64,000 nt of DNA from an uncultured Candidatus Saccharibacteria bacterium (GTDB lineage: Bacteria; Patescibacteriota; Dojkabacteria; J137). The notes under the pieces were generated by a model, which was not told the DNA's origin, searched no databases, and saw only the letters and a list, made by a program, of their open reading frames with translations. How positions within the stretch are numbered: the first letter of the stretch is position 1; the number at the start of each line of letters is the position of its first letter. Location: NCBI GenBank assembly GCA_965230975.1, contig OZ246402.1, forward strand, positions 309,304-373,303, in the 5' to 3' direction. The translations under genes and the position numbers were made by a program. Below, in pieces: positions 1 to 10,359 of this stretch.

Positions 1-1
1 G

Positions 2-196
2 CATAGTATAAAGCTAAGCAAGCCGGGATTTGAGCAACTTGAATTTGTAATATTGCCTTCTAGCCAAGAAGAACGAGATAAACTTAAAAATTACAATATT
101 ATGATAGAAGCACATTTAATGTACCAACCTGTCAATGTAGAAGATATTATTCAAAACCCAACAGAGCAGTCAACTCAAGAACAAATACAAGAATAA
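2..196 (+). CDS. 3' end of a gene cut by the window edge, possibly with a PEGA-like domain
   Basis: Open frame 2 reads HSIKLSKPGFEQLEFVIL...QEQIQE*; H-x-I-x-L-x-K-x-G-F resembles PEGA repeats. Confidence 0.5.
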   Translation, partial: HSIKLSKPGFEQLEFVILPSSQEERDKLKNYNIMIEAHLMYQPVNVEDIIQNPTEQSTQEQIQE

Positions 197-213
197 ATAA
201 ACAAAATTAAAAT

Positions 214-3200
214 ATGGTAGCTCAACAATTTAGATTAAAAAATACAGTTAAATACCCAACATCGTTAATTTTTGGGGGTCTTTCAAGATTAGGTCTTGAA
301 ATTACAGATTCGTTGTTAGAGCAGGGTGGTTATGTAGTAATTGTAGATACTTACTCAGATGAAAATATAGCAAAACTACAAGTATTTCCTAAAGATAGTC
401 TAATTAGTTTTATTGATTACACAACCCTACCAAACTTAGACGAAGATTTAAGAAGGCTTGATTATGTTTTCTTTTTTAACCATGAATCAACAGATTTAAA
501 TAGAAAGATTTCTACTCAAGAATTTTTGAAATTTTCTAACTATATAGATACCACACTAAGTTTAAGCACAAAATTCGAAGCAAAGTTTTTACTAACAACT
601 TCAATTCGATCACATCAACTTAATTTACACAATGATGATTACAAACTCTATAACCAAGAACATCACAAAACATATTCAGAAGCAGATTTGCAAAGGCACT
701 CTGAAAGTATGGTCATGGAATATATAGAAAAAAACAACTTGGATGCTCGAATTGCTAGATTAGGTGAGCTTATTGGAGATGGAATAGATTTTTCTATAGA
801 AAGCTCATTTAACAATCTTATTTTAGATGCAGCGAAAGGCCAAAGCCTTAAATTACATAAAGATGGTTTAGAAACAGAATGGTTAGTTCATATACTAGAT
901 GCAGCTTATGGAATTATAAAGTCTCAATTTTCAAAAAATACTAGTGGCAAAATATATTCTGTAGCATACGAAAACAATTTCTCGCATTTATCTATTGCGT
1001 ATAAATTACAGGAGGTAGAAGAAAATGCAGAAGAGATTGAATTTATAGAAGGCAGGGACAATTTGCCATCATTAAAAATATATAAACCAGCTCCAAACTT
1101 GGCAACAATAGGTTGGGCAACAAAAGTTCCATTTGAGAAAGCTTTAAAACAATCTGTAGCTGCGGCAAAAATATATTTACTAGAAAGTAGTTCTAAAACA
1201 GAAAAGAAAGATACAATTTCGGGTAAACTAAAAACTTTTTTTGCAATTGCAGGAAGTTCAGAATCTAGTACAACTAAAGATGAAACTGAATATGACGGAC
1301 CAATTTCAAGATTAATTGCAGAAAGAAAAAAACAAGAAGAGTTAAAACAGCAAAGTATAGATTTCGCAACCAGTTCTATTAAAATAAAAAAAAGAAAAAA
1401 GGCAAGAACGTTTCAAGAAAAGTTTAGCAACTGGGCTTGGGAAAAATCCCTCTCTATTGGAAATAGTTTTGCTTTATTTAAAAACAAATCACCCATAGAA
1501 TTTTTAGGTATATTTGTTGTATTTGGATTATTATTGTTTGTTTTTTTTACACTAATATCTCCACTACTAGTATTTACAAGAAATTACCTATCTATTAGTG
1601 GAGAGTATCAAAATACTGTAAACATAATAAAAAATAGCGAATGGTTAACTTCTTCAAATAATTTTAAAAAAGTAAAAGACACCTTGGATGAAAATATTCA
1701 AATACTATCAGGGTTTGATTCGATTTTTTCAATTACATCACTAGGAGATGAAAGTTCTGAAATCAAAAACGTTTTAAAAAATTATTCTGAAATCTTAGAT
1801 GGTGCTAACGATATCTCATTTGCATTAAATCCGGTTAGAGAATATTTAAATAATTATCAAGGGAATTTACAATTAAGAACAAGCACAGAAAGCTATCTAA
1901 GTGTTACTAATACAGGAGTAGATTATGAAAATTTTTTGCTAGACTTTCACGATGCATATCCATATTTGCAAACTGGCATTCAAAAATATCAAAAAGGAGT
2001 ATCTGACTTAAGAAAAACAAACATCTCTTTGCTACCAACTTTTATGCAACAAAATATTAGCGATATAAATAATGCTTTGTTTGCACTAGAAGATGATGTT
2101 GTTGCATTAGATAGGTTAGAATACCTAGAAGATATGCTTGGAGTTTACTTTCCAAGAACCTATGTTTTACTATTACTAGATAATTCAAGATTAAAAAGTA
2201 TTGGGGGTGAGGTTTCTGCATATGCGCTTTTTACAGTAAAAAACGGTAGCATAATAGAAGTTACAGTAAAATCACCCGAAGAAACTCAATTCAATTTATC
2301 AAGTATAGATGATAGAAAACTTCAAGAAATTAATGCAAATAAATATAATTTTAAAAATAAAGATAACCTAACCTTTAACGACTTAACAAGCTTAACCAGC
2401 TTTAGCACATTTGCAGATTACATAACTCCAATTTTTAAAGATACATTTAATAGAGAGGTTTCGGGGGTCCTAGCTATAGATTACTCTTCGTTGCAAAATT
2501 TACTTTTAAATTTAAGTGATAAAGAAGAGGTAAACGTTAACAATGTAAATTTTGCAAGTGGTGATATTTTAAGAAATTTAATTAGTGCGCAAAACATTAA
2601 TTCTGGTATAGATACTAAGCATAAAATTAGCGCACAATTATTAGCAAACTTAGTTAATCTTATGTTTAGCAATCCAAAGCAAAATATAAATACATTAATT
2701 TCCACTTTAGGCAAAGAGATTGATAATCAAAGTCTTCTAATTTCTACTCCAAACATAAAGTTTAACAAAATAGTAAAATCTCATAATTATGATTTAGAAA
2801 AGATTTCAGATTCAGATAGTTATGTAAAAATTGGGTATAACATAGATGATACTAAAGTCGTAAATATTGAAAAATACCCAGAACTTAATGTAGTAAAAGA
2901 GATAGCAATAAATCCTGAATTCAAACTAGATACTAAAGTAGTTGTCGATTTGCCACTATTGGGTAGCTCTCAGGAGTTAGTAGTTTGTATTCCTGCAAGA
3001 GTATTATCTAGTTCTATTAAAGTTACCGGTATCCCAAGTGCAAGGGTAGTAATCAACGATGCTCAAAATGAAAAATGTATAGTTGCAAGATCAATAACTG
3101 AAAAACAAATTCAATTTACATGGAGTTTAGATACCGTAAGTGTAGAAGGTGTAAAGCAACTTAAATTAAGTGTCGGGAAAATTAAAGGTACAAAATCATC

Positions 3201-3339
3201 TCTGGACTATAAAATTTCATTAGATAGCACATTAGATTTAGTAAAGTCACAGCCTTATGTCGCGCCACAAGGCAATACGCTTATATTCACAACCTTTTTA
3301 AACACAGATCAGATTGTAGATTTAGAGATTTCTAAATAA
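214..3339 (+). CDS. Degenerate NAD-dependent epimerase/SDR domain + TM + DUF4012-like extracellular domain
   Basis: N-terminal LIFGGLSRLG Rossmann-like start, ARIARL and LVHILDAA; TM near aa 430-455; YVLLLLDNSRLKSIGGEVSAY matches the DUF4012 signature. Confidence 0.7.
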   Translation: MVAQQFRLKNTVKYPTSLIFGGLSRLGLEITDSLLEQGGYVVIVDTYSDENIAKLQVFPKDSLISFIDYTTLPNLDEDLRRLDYVFFFNHESTDLNRKISTQEFLKFSNYIDTTLSLSTKFEAKFLLTTSIRSHQLNLHNDDYKLYNQEHHKTYSEADLQRHSESMVMEYIEKNNLDARIARLGELIGDGIDFSIESSFNNLILDAAKGQSLKLHKDGLETEWLVHILDAAYGIIKSQFSKNTSGKIYSVAYENNFSHLSIAYKLQEVEENAEEIEFIEGRDNLPSLKIYKPAPNLATIGWATKVPFEKALKQSVAAAKIYLLESSSKTEKKDTISGKLKTFFAIAGSSESSTTKDETEYDGPISRLIAERKKQEELKQQSIDFATSSIKIKKRKKARTFQEKFSNWAWEKSLSIGNSFALFKNKSPIEFLGIFVVFGLLLFVFFTLISPLLVFTRNYLSISGEYQNTVNIIKNSEWLTSSNNFKKVKDTLDENIQILSGFDSIFSITSLGDESSEIKNVLKNYSEILDGANDISFALNPVREYLNNYQGNLQLRTSTESYLSVTNTGVDYENFLLDFHDAYPYLQTGIQKYQKGVSDLRKTNISLLPTFMQQNISDINNALFALEDDVVALDRLEYLEDMLGVYFPRTYVLLLLDNSRLKSIGGEVSAYALFTVKNGSIIEVTVKSPEETQFNLSSIDDRKLQEINANKYNFKNKDNLTFNDLTSLTSFSTFADYITPIFKDTFNREVSGVLAIDYSSLQNLLLNLSDKEEVNVNNVNFASGDILRNLISAQNINSGIDTKHKISAQLLANLVNLMFSNPKQNINTLISTLGKEIDNQSLLISTPNIKFNKIVKSHNYDLEKISDSDSYVKIGYNIDDTKVVNIEKYPELNVVKEIAINPEFKLDTKVVVDLPLLGSSQELVVCIPARVLSSSIKVTGIPSARVVINDAQNEKCIVARSITEKQIQFTWSLDTVSVEGVKQLKLSVGKIKGTKSSLDYKISLDSTLDLVKSQPYVAPQGNTLIFTTFLNTDQIVDLEISK

Positions 3340-3483
3340 ATCTATTTTAGATGAAGTAATTAGGCATAATTTGCTATAATTATTGGCTGCCAAATAATTT
3401 CCTGGCAAACATTTTGATCTTTAATTTATTGATTAAAGATTGTTACATGTGTCATAATTCAAAGTTAATTTAAGTAAATAAAT

Positions 3484-4011
3484 ATGGCTAAGACAAAGAA
3501 ACCAACAATAGCACCAGAAAATGCTATTAAAATGACTCAAGAAGCTTACGATGAACTTGTAAAAGAACTTGATCATAGACAAAATACATTAAGAAAACAA
3601 ATTGCAGATGAAATAGCTGCAGCAAGAGAACTAGGCGATTTATCTGAAAATCACCCTTATACAGCTGCAATGGAAAAGAAAGAGTTAAACGAAAACAGAA
3701 TTACAGATATCGAAGACGTAATTATCAAAGCAGTAATTGCAGAAGAAAATGTCTCAGATCATTTTGTGAGTGTTGGTGAACAAGTAGAAATTGAAAACTT
3801 AGAAACTAATCAAAAAAAGACAGTTTTAATTGTTGGTTCAGAAGAAACCAGATCTGCAAATCCATTAGATGGAAAAATTTCCAGTGATTCACCAATCGGT
3901 AAAGCAATTATTAATGCAAAACTTGGAGATACTGTAGAAGTAGTATTGCCTACAAAAAAGATTAATTACAAAATTTTAAGATTTGTAAGAGAAGCTAAAA
4001 AGGCTGCATAA
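3484..4011 (+). CDS. greA: Transcription elongation factor GreA
   Basis: ARELGDLSEN and ISSDSPIGKAI motifs. Confidence 0.95.
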   Translation: MAKTKKPTIAPENAIKMTQEAYDELVKELDHRQNTLRKQIADEIAAARELGDLSENHPYTAAMEKKELNENRITDIEDVIIKAVIAEENVSDHFVSVGEQVEIENLETNQKKTVLIVGSEETRSANPLDGKISSDSPIGKAIINAKLGDTVEVVLPTKKINYKILRFVREAKKAA

Positions 4012-4028
4012 ATATTACTAAGCCAGTC

Positions 4029-4057
4029 AAAACTCCCGGGTAACCGGGAGTTTTTTT
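4029..4057 (+). terminator. Intrinsic terminator after greA, probably bidirectional
   Basis: AAAACTCCCGG-GTAA-CCGGGAGTTTTTTT. Confidence 0.85.
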
Positions 4058-4127
4058 ATAACATTTGGTAAATAAAATATCTGCAAAATACTTTATCTTT
4101 CTTTATCAAATTAGTGTTAAGTAGTTG

Positions 4128-4967
4128 TTACAAAAGAGTTAAGATAACTATTGCCCCAAATATAACTCTATAAATGCCAAAATCTCTCAAACCTCTTCTT
4201 TTTAAAAACGAGATCATGAACTTGATTGCAAAATAACCAAAAACAAAAGAGGTAATTAACCCACTCAAATAAATTGGCATATTACTAGAAAGAGTGTTGC
4301 CGTCTGTCTGTATAAGATCAATTGTTCCAAAAAGAGCGGCCATAAGTGTTATTGGTATACTCATTAAGAAACCAAATTCAGCTGCAGAAACCCTATTAAG
4401 CCCAACCGCTTGACCAGCTAGAAGTGTAATACCAGATCTCGATGTGCCTCTAAAAATAGCTATGGCTTGAGCAATACCAATAATTAAAGATTTCTTAGAA
4501 GTAAGCTTTTCTAAATCAAATTTTTTATTTGTGAATAATCTATTTGCAAAAATAAATATTACTCCAACAAAAATCATTGCAACAGCAGTTAATAAAGTTG
4601 CAAGCTTTGCATTTTCTGGTGCGTCATAAAGTTGCTCTATATATTTACTTAAGGCAAATCCTAAAATCCCCGCAGGGATTGTAGCAATTAAAATATTTAG
4701 CATGGTTTTTAGTGAATCGTTATCTTCTAATGTATTAGATCTTTTTAATAATCTAAAAAAACTTATAAAATATTTAATTAAAGTTTTTCTGTAATAAATA
4801 AATAAAGCCAGTAATGTACCAAAATGTAAAAAAGTAATAAACCCTGTGCTTGGCTCGCTCCAGTTAAAAAATTTTGGAACTAGTTCTAAGTGCCCAGAGC
4901 TTGATACGGGTATAAATTCTGTTAAGCCTTGAACAATTCCCAAAACAATTGATTCTAATAAACTCAT
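4128..4967 (-). CDS. uppP: Undecaprenyl-diphosphate phosphatase (BacA family)
   Basis: GIVQGLTEFIPVSSSGHL and GTSRSG motifs; multiple TM segments. Confidence 0.95.
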   Translation of the reverse strand: MSLLESIVLGIVQGLTEFIPVSSSGHLELVPKFFNWSEPSTGFITFLHFGTLLALFIYYRKTLIKYFISFFRLLKRSNTLEDNDSLKTMLNILIATIPAGILGFALSKYIEQLYDAPENAKLATLLTAVAMIFVGVIFIFANRLFTNKKFDLEKLTSKKSLIIGIAQAIAIFRGTSRSGITLLAGQAVGLNRVSAAEFGFLMSIPITLMAALFGTIDLIQTDGNTLSSNMPIYLSGLITSFVFGYFAIKFMISFLKRRGLRDFGIYRVIFGAIVILTLL

Positions 4968-5096
4968 TTAAATATTGTTAATAATTAAGAGCAATAAATT
5001 AAAGTATATCAGAGAAGTTTAAAATCAGCCTATAAAAAAGTTGATAATAAAGATACATTAATAGTAGTATATAGTAATAGTTTTTAAAACCAATTT

Positions 5097-5717
5097 ATGG
5101 GTAGTACACCAACCCCAGTTGAGCCAGTAGCACAAGCTCCAGTTCAACCTACTGCAACTCAAGTTGCAAAAAAATCAAATAAGAAATTACTTATTATTAT
5201 TGCAATAGTAGTTTTGTGTTTGTGCGTTAGCTCCTTAATAGCAATAGTTGCATTTGTATTACCTAGCTTGGCTTTAATCCCATTCTTTTCTATGGGTGGA
5301 CAAACAATTACTAATAACCCTTTAGAAAATACAACCGAAAATACATCAAATAACGATTCAGCTACATCGAACCCAGCAGATGATTCAAATTCTTGGTTTG
5401 ATGGATATACTCAAACAGAGATACCATCAGATTTCCCATCAGATGTAAAAATATATCCTAATGCAGTTGCATACATGACTTATGCATCAGAAGAAGGTAC
5501 AAGTGTTGGCTTTGCAGTACAAGCAAGCAATAATCAACTTTATAACTTTTATAGAACAGAGTTAGAAGATGCAGGTTGGGATATTTTATCTTCATCAAAT
5601 GCAGAAGGTTATGCATCTTTCATTGCATCTAAAGGTGACAGAGGTTTGGTAATTACAATTGGCAATTCAGATGATGAATCTAGCGATACAAATTACTTAG
5701 GAATTGTTTATTATTAA
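5097..5717 (+). CDS. Single-TM membrane-anchored hypothetical protein
   Basis: Pro-rich N-tail, KKSN, Cys-containing TM, then a PSDFPSDV...FYRTELEDAGW domain. Confidence 0.75.
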   Translation: MGSTPTPVEPVAQAPVQPTATQVAKKSNKKLLIIIAIVVLCLCVSSLIAIVAFVLPSLALIPFFSMGGQTITNNPLENTTENTSNNDSATSNPADDSNSWFDGYTQTEIPSDFPSDVKIYPNAVAYMTYASEEGTSVGFAVQASNNQLYNFYRTELEDAGWDILSSSNAEGYASFIASKGDRGLVITIGNSDDESSDTNYLGIVYY

Positions 5718-5743
5718 TAACTCAATTTTTAAATTAAGAATTT

Positions 5744-5769
5744 AAGGCCCCGACAAAGTCGGGGCCTTT
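5744..5769. terminator. GC-rich hairpin between convergent genes
   Basis: AAGGCCCCGAC-AAA-GTCGGGGCCTT. Confidence 0.7.
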
Positions 5770-5833
5770 ACATTGCTATTTCATTATCTTTATTAGAAGT
5801 CTAAAGCTATTTTAAGTTATCTACAATTAAACT

Positions 5834-6274
5834 TCATATTTTGTTAATTTGATCGATTCTTCTTAAATGTCTTTCTTCGTTAGAAAAATTAGTGGTCAAA
5901 AATGTACTAACCATTTCTTGGTTTAGATCTTCTGAAATAAACTCTGAATCTAAACAAATCACATTTGCATTTTCGTGTTCTCTGGCTCTTTTTGCATGTT
6001 CAACAGTCGTTGCTAATGCAGCAAATATTCCACTGTATCTATTGGCTACAATTGACATACCAACTCCGGTTTTACAAATTAATATTCCTATACTGCCCTG
6101 ATTATTTAAAATTTCTTTAGCAAGTTTTGTTGCAAAAATTGGGTAATCATCGGTTGGGTCTAGTTGATACGGTCCTAAATCTTCAATTTGGTGTTCAAAA
6201 TTAGATTTAATAAATTCAATCAGCTTATTTTTTAATTCGAACCCGCCATGGTCGGAGGCTATAAATAGTTTCAT
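5834..6274 (-). CDS. rpiB: Ribose-5-phosphate isomerase B (RpiB/LacAB family)
   Basis: ASDHGG, DYP, ICKTGVGMSIVAN and RHLRRI motifs. Confidence 0.93.
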   Translation of the reverse strand: MKLFIASDHGGFELKNKLIEFIKSNFEHQIEDLGPYQLDPTDDYPIFATKLAKEILNNQGSIGILICKTGVGMSIVANRYSGIFAALATTVEHAKRAREHENANVICLDSEFISEDLNQEMVSTFLTTNFSNEERHLRRIDQINKI

Positions 6275-6412
6275 AGTTTTTTGGTAATAAATTTATATTA
6301 AAGTTTATAGTGGAATGGTTAATGCGTCAATTAGTAATAGAATAATTCAATTTCTTACAATTTGAAAAAAAGTATTTGCCTAATTTAAGTATACATAGTG
6401 TTAAAATTAGAT

Positions 6413-8167
6413 ATGACCGATTTAGAGCTTGTAAAATCAAAACTAGATATTGTAGATGTTATATCTACTTATGTTCCAAATGTTCAGCATGCAGGTTCAA
6501 ATTTTAGGGCAAACTGTCCTTTCCACAATGAAAAGACTCCATCTTTCATGATTAATCCATCATTGCAAATTTTCAAATGCTTTGGGTGTGGAAAAGCAGG
6601 AGATGCGATTAAGTTTATTCAAGAAATTGAAAGGGTAGATTTTCCAGATGCATTAAAAATAGCAGCCGAGAAAGCAGGCGTTCAGCTAACTGGCAACTTT
6701 CAAATTAAAGATACAAAGGCGGAAGAAGAAAAAAAACGAATTCTTAAAGCAAACGAATTAACCGCTAAGTTCTATAACTACATACTTAAAACCCATAAAT
6801 TTGGTTTGCCTGGCAGAGAATATGCTCAAAAAAGAAAATTAGATGGGCAAAGAATAGACGACTTTTTAATTGGTTTTGCACCAAAATCTTATTCAATCTT
6901 AAAAAACTTTTTAAATTCAAAAGGTTTTACAGACCAAGAGTTAATTAAATTTGGACTTTTAGTAGATAGAAAAGGTAAACCAATAGATAAGTATAGAAAC
7001 AGGCTTATGCAACCAATTTTTAATGTTCAAGGCGACATTATTGGGTTTAGTGGTCGTTATATTGGTGAAAGCAAATTTGACCCAAAATATTTAAACTCTC
7101 CCGAAACTTTGGTTTACAAAAAAAAAGAAATCCTTTACGGGCTTTTTCAAGCTAAAGAAACCATGCGAAAAGAAAATTTTGTTGTAATGGTAGAAGGCAA
7201 TATTGATATTTTATCTTCTCATAGAATTGGAGTTAAAAATATAGTCGCACCACTTGGTACAGCTTTTACCCCCAGTCAATCTAAATTAATAAAAAGATTT
7301 TGCGAAAATATATATTTTTGCTTTGATACAGACTCGGCCGGCACCCAGGCACTTATTCGCGGTATAGAACTTGCCGAGGGTGCCGGCCTTAAACACAAAG
7401 TGGTTAACATAACGGGCTTTCAAGATGCGGATGAGCTTATTTGCAAATCTTCTAATCCGGAAATTTGGCTAGAATTAGTGAAAAATGCTTCTGATTCAGT
7501 TGAGTATTTAATTAAAAAGTTTTCTGACAATTTAGATTTGGGTACTGCACAGGGCAAAGCCACTTTTAGGGATCAAATAATTCCGGTTATAAACACTATA
7601 AAAGATGAAGTTACATTAACTCATTACTCAAAAAAGGTTGCTATGATGTTAGATGTAACTCCTGAAACCATTCTTAAAAAATTTAATAGTCAAGAAAATC
7701 AAGTCCATACAGTTGAACAATTACCCACATCAAAACATTCTTCTAAAAAAGATCAGTTCGAATTATATTTCTTGGCATATATAATTAATTTGCTAGATCA
7801 TTCCATGCTTAAAGATATTCCAGAAGATATTTTTTCTAACCAACCATACAAAGAAATTTTCAAAATAATAAAGTCATCTAAACAAGATTACGACTTGGGT
7901 GAGATAGCTGAATCTCTGCAAGAATCTTTAAAGTCACATTTTGAGGAAGTGGTTTTATTAGATTTACCTCAAGGTGAAAAGGCAAAAGAGGAGTTTCAAA
8001 AAATATATTTCTCTATTATGAGAAGTTATTATTTAATGCAACTTAAAAAGCTCAAAATGGATATGGCAAAAGATGAAGATAGCGAAAATCTTTTAGCAGA
8101 TTTAGATAAAACAACAAAGGCAATTCAAAAATTGGAGAAAACTAAGGGTAGAGACTTATTAAATTAG
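6413..8167 (+). CDS. dnaG: DNA primase
   Basis: CPFHNEKTPSF...CFGC zinc finger, KYLNSPET, TOPRIM VEG and FDTD; ATG at 6413 preferred over GTG at 6398. Confidence 0.97.
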   Translation: MTDLELVKSKLDIVDVISTYVPNVQHAGSNFRANCPFHNEKTPSFMINPSLQIFKCFGCGKAGDAIKFIQEIERVDFPDALKIAAEKAGVQLTGNFQIKDTKAEEEKKRILKANELTAKFYNYILKTHKFGLPGREYAQKRKLDGQRIDDFLIGFAPKSYSILKNFLNSKGFTDQELIKFGLLVDRKGKPIDKYRNRLMQPIFNVQGDIIGFSGRYIGESKFDPKYLNSPETLVYKKKEILYGLFQAKETMRKENFVVMVEGNIDILSSHRIGVKNIVAPLGTAFTPSQSKLIKRFCENIYFCFDTDSAGTQALIRGIELAEGAGLKHKVVNITGFQDADELICKSSNPEIWLELVKNASDSVEYLIKKFSDNLDLGTAQGKATFRDQIIPVINTIKDEVTLTHYSKKVAMMLDVTPETILKKFNSQENQVHTVEQLPTSKHSSKKDQFELYFLAYIINLLDHSMLKDIPEDIFSNQPYKEIFKIIKSSKQDYDLGEIAESLQESLKSHFEEVVLLDLPQGEKAKEEFQKIYFSIMRSYYLMQLKKLKMDMAKDEDSENLLADLDKTTKAIQKLEKTKGRDLLN

Positions 8168-8172
8168 CCGTT

Positions 8173-8201
8173 AAAAAACAACTATAAAATAGTTGTTTTT
8201 T
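8173..8201. terminator. Bidirectional terminator between dnaG and rpmH
   Basis: AAAAAACAACTAT-AAA-ATAGTTGTTTTTT. Confidence 0.7.
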
Positions 8202-8223
8202 AGTAAAGTTATTTGAAAATGAA

Positions 8224-8424
8224 TTATCTTCTTCTAGAAAATCTTTTGTTTTTATCCATTTTGCTAGAGAATTCATCATGAGCTGTTAAAGCGTATCTAC
8301 CTTTAGCAATTCTCTTTTTTAAAACAAGAGCACCCTTTGTAGTTGCTTTTCTTGCTAAGAAGCCGAATTTTCTAATTCTTTTGATTTTACTTCCCTTGTA
8401 TGTTGGACCTTGTGTCTTAGCCAT
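8224..8424 (-). CDS. rpmH: 50S ribosomal protein L34, extended
   Basis: TY..SKIKR.RKFGFLAR.AT.KG..VL.KR.AKGR pattern. Confidence 0.88.
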   Translation of the reverse strand: MAKTQGPTYKGSKIKRIRKFGFLARKATTKGALVLKKRIAKGRYALTAHDEFSSKMDKNKRFSRRR

Positions 8425-8492
8425 TTAATTTATCTATAAATATATGTAGAATGAAACAGTGCAATTATACTTAACCAAATTGATAAACTCAA

Positions 8493-9653
8493 GTGAAAAA
8501 CGCTCAGAAAAAAGGAGTTGTTAAAAACAGGACAAAGTTTTTACTATCATTATGTTCAATTTTGCTCTTATTACTCTTTTTATCTCAGTTTTATATAAAC
8601 AATTATTCACAAAACAAGCAGGAAACAAAAACAAATACTTTGAAATATAACGATCCATTAACGTTATCTGAACTTCCAATGTTTAATGAATCAAAAAATA
8701 ATTTAGATTTGCCAGAAAGTGATTACCAGCTTGTAGATACACAAAATTTATGGTTAAGCTTATTAACAGAAAGCTATCTAGATGTTGGGTTTTTAAACCA
8801 AAGCTTAGTTTTTAAAAGTATTACTCAGCTACCCACTAATACATCTAGCTTAAAAATATACAGTCCAGATAAGTTGATGTTTGTTTTGGAAAGTAGAAGT
8901 GGTTCTAGCCCAACGTTGATATATAAGAACAAAGGTGAGCTATTTGAAATTCTTGCATTAAATCCAAACGAATTCTTTACAGAATATTATTATTCGCCAC
9001 TCGAGCAACTTTTTTATATCTCTAAAGGTAATTCTTCAAATGTTTTTACTTTTTTTTATTTAAAACAAGATGGAAGTACAGAAACCTTGCTTGAATCAAC
9101 CTTGCCAATTAAGGTTTTAAAACCTATGTCTACATATTCAATAGTTTTGTTAAACAACGAATGCAAAACTTTAAACTATTACAGCAAGGAATTTCAGGAT
9201 TTTGATTGCAATAACCTATATTTGAACCCTTCTAATTTAAATCTAATTTCAAAATCAAGCCAACTTTTGCTAAGTAAAGATAATCGGGCTATTACAATTT
9301 TTAATAGTAATAAAGGTGATTTTATAACAGGTGCTACATTTTTTAATAATGAGGTTTATTTTGTTTTAAATAATTCAACATTCTCGTTAAATAATACTGC
9401 TTACAAAATAATGAAATCAAACCTAAGTGGCAACTTAGAGCTGGTTACTACAAGTATTCCGGAGGGTGATATAGTAAAAGTACTTAATTTTAATGGGGTT
9501 ATGGCAATAAATAAACTATTAGGTTCTTATCAAATTATAAAGCTTCAGACAGAAAACGTGGCATCTTACTTGCAAAATACCTGGACTAATGTAAATTTAA
9601 CTAATAATTTAATAAAAAACATTGAAATATTAGGCCCGGATTATCAAATCTAG
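8493..9653 (+). CDS. Membrane-anchored hypothetical protein, beta-rich (propeller-like)
   Basis: 386-aa ORF with N-terminal TM. Confidence 0.65.
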   Translation: MKNAQKKGVVKNRTKFLLSLCSILLLLLFLSQFYINNYSQNKQETKTNTLKYNDPLTLSELPMFNESKNNLDLPESDYQLVDTQNLWLSLLTESYLDVGFLNQSLVFKSITQLPTNTSSLKIYSPDKLMFVLESRSGSSPTLIYKNKGELFEILALNPNEFFTEYYYSPLEQLFYISKGNSSNVFTFFYLKQDGSTETLLESTLPIKVLKPMSTYSIVLLNNECKTLNYYSKEFQDFDCNNLYLNPSNLNLISKSSQLLLSKDNRAITIFNSNKGDFITGATFFNNEVYFVLNNSTFSLNNTAYKIMKSNLSGNLELVTTSIPEGDIVKVLNFNGVMAINKLLGSYQIIKLQTENVASYLQNTWTNVNLTNNLIKNIEILGPDYQI

Positions 9654-9738
9654 CAATTAGACCTTTTAATTTGAGAGATTTTTGATATAATTACGAGCCT
9701 AAATCCCGGCACGTTATTTTTAAATCAAAGGTTAGATT

Positions 9739-10224
9739 ATGAGCCAACAATTAATTCAAGAAGTACATAAAAATTCTATTACAAAAAAAGTCCCAGAAAT
9801 TAAACCGGGGTTTACAATTGAAGTAGATACAATTATTAGAGAAGGTAACAAGCAAAGAGTACAAAAATTTAAAGGTTTAGTAATTGCTATTACAGGAACT
9901 GGTGCAAATCAAGTTGTTACAATTAGAAAAATCTCTTATGGAGTTGGTGTTGAAAAAAAACTTTTGCTTCATTCACCAAATATTGGTGCAGTTAAAGTAA
10001 TTAAAACTGAGCCAACAAGAAGATCAAAGCTTTACTTTATGAGAAGTAGAGTAGGTAAGAACGCAATGAGAATTAAAAAAGGTAAAGCAACTTTTGTTAC
10101 AGATCAAGATGAATTTATGTCTCAAGATTTAGAATCAGAAATGCCAATGGAAGAAGTTGTAACTTCTGAAGTTGCAGCTGAGGTTGTAGAAACTCCAGTA
10201 GAAACAACTGAAACTCAAGCGTAA
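9739..10224 (+). CDS. rplS: 50S ribosomal protein L19 with acidic C-terminal tail
   Basis: EGNKQRVQKFKG, RKISYGVGVEK, RRSKLYFMR. Confidence 0.97.
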   Translation: MSQQLIQEVHKNSITKKVPEIKPGFTIEVDTIIREGNKQRVQKFKGLVIAITGTGANQVVTIRKISYGVGVEKKLLLHSPNIGAVKVIKTEPTRRSKLYFMRSRVGKNAMRIKKGKATFVTDQDEFMSQDLESEMPMEEVVTSEVAAEVVETPVETTETQA

Positions 10225-10240
10225 TAAAAAACAAGAATTT

Positions 10241-10269
10241 AAAAAAGCTCCTGAAAAGGAGCTTTTTTT
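10241..10269 (+). terminator. Intrinsic terminator after rplS
   Basis: AAAAAAGCTCCT-GAAA-AGGAGCTTTTTTT. Confidence 0.85.
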
Positions 10270-10359
10270 ATATCTCAATATTATAGTTATAAAATAACTT
10301 TTGTTATGCTATAAAAAACATTTAGGCTAAAATAAATAGTTACTTGTTAAATAAAATTT

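Noticed and set aside
3634-3666. GreA DLSENHPY deviation from DLxENAEY as loss of function
   Set aside because: The two catalytic acidic residues (D41 and E44 equivalents) are retained
9694-9738. Possible L19 leader RNA before rplS
   Set aside because: Only a 3-bp GC stem is visible; too weak to call without a covariance model
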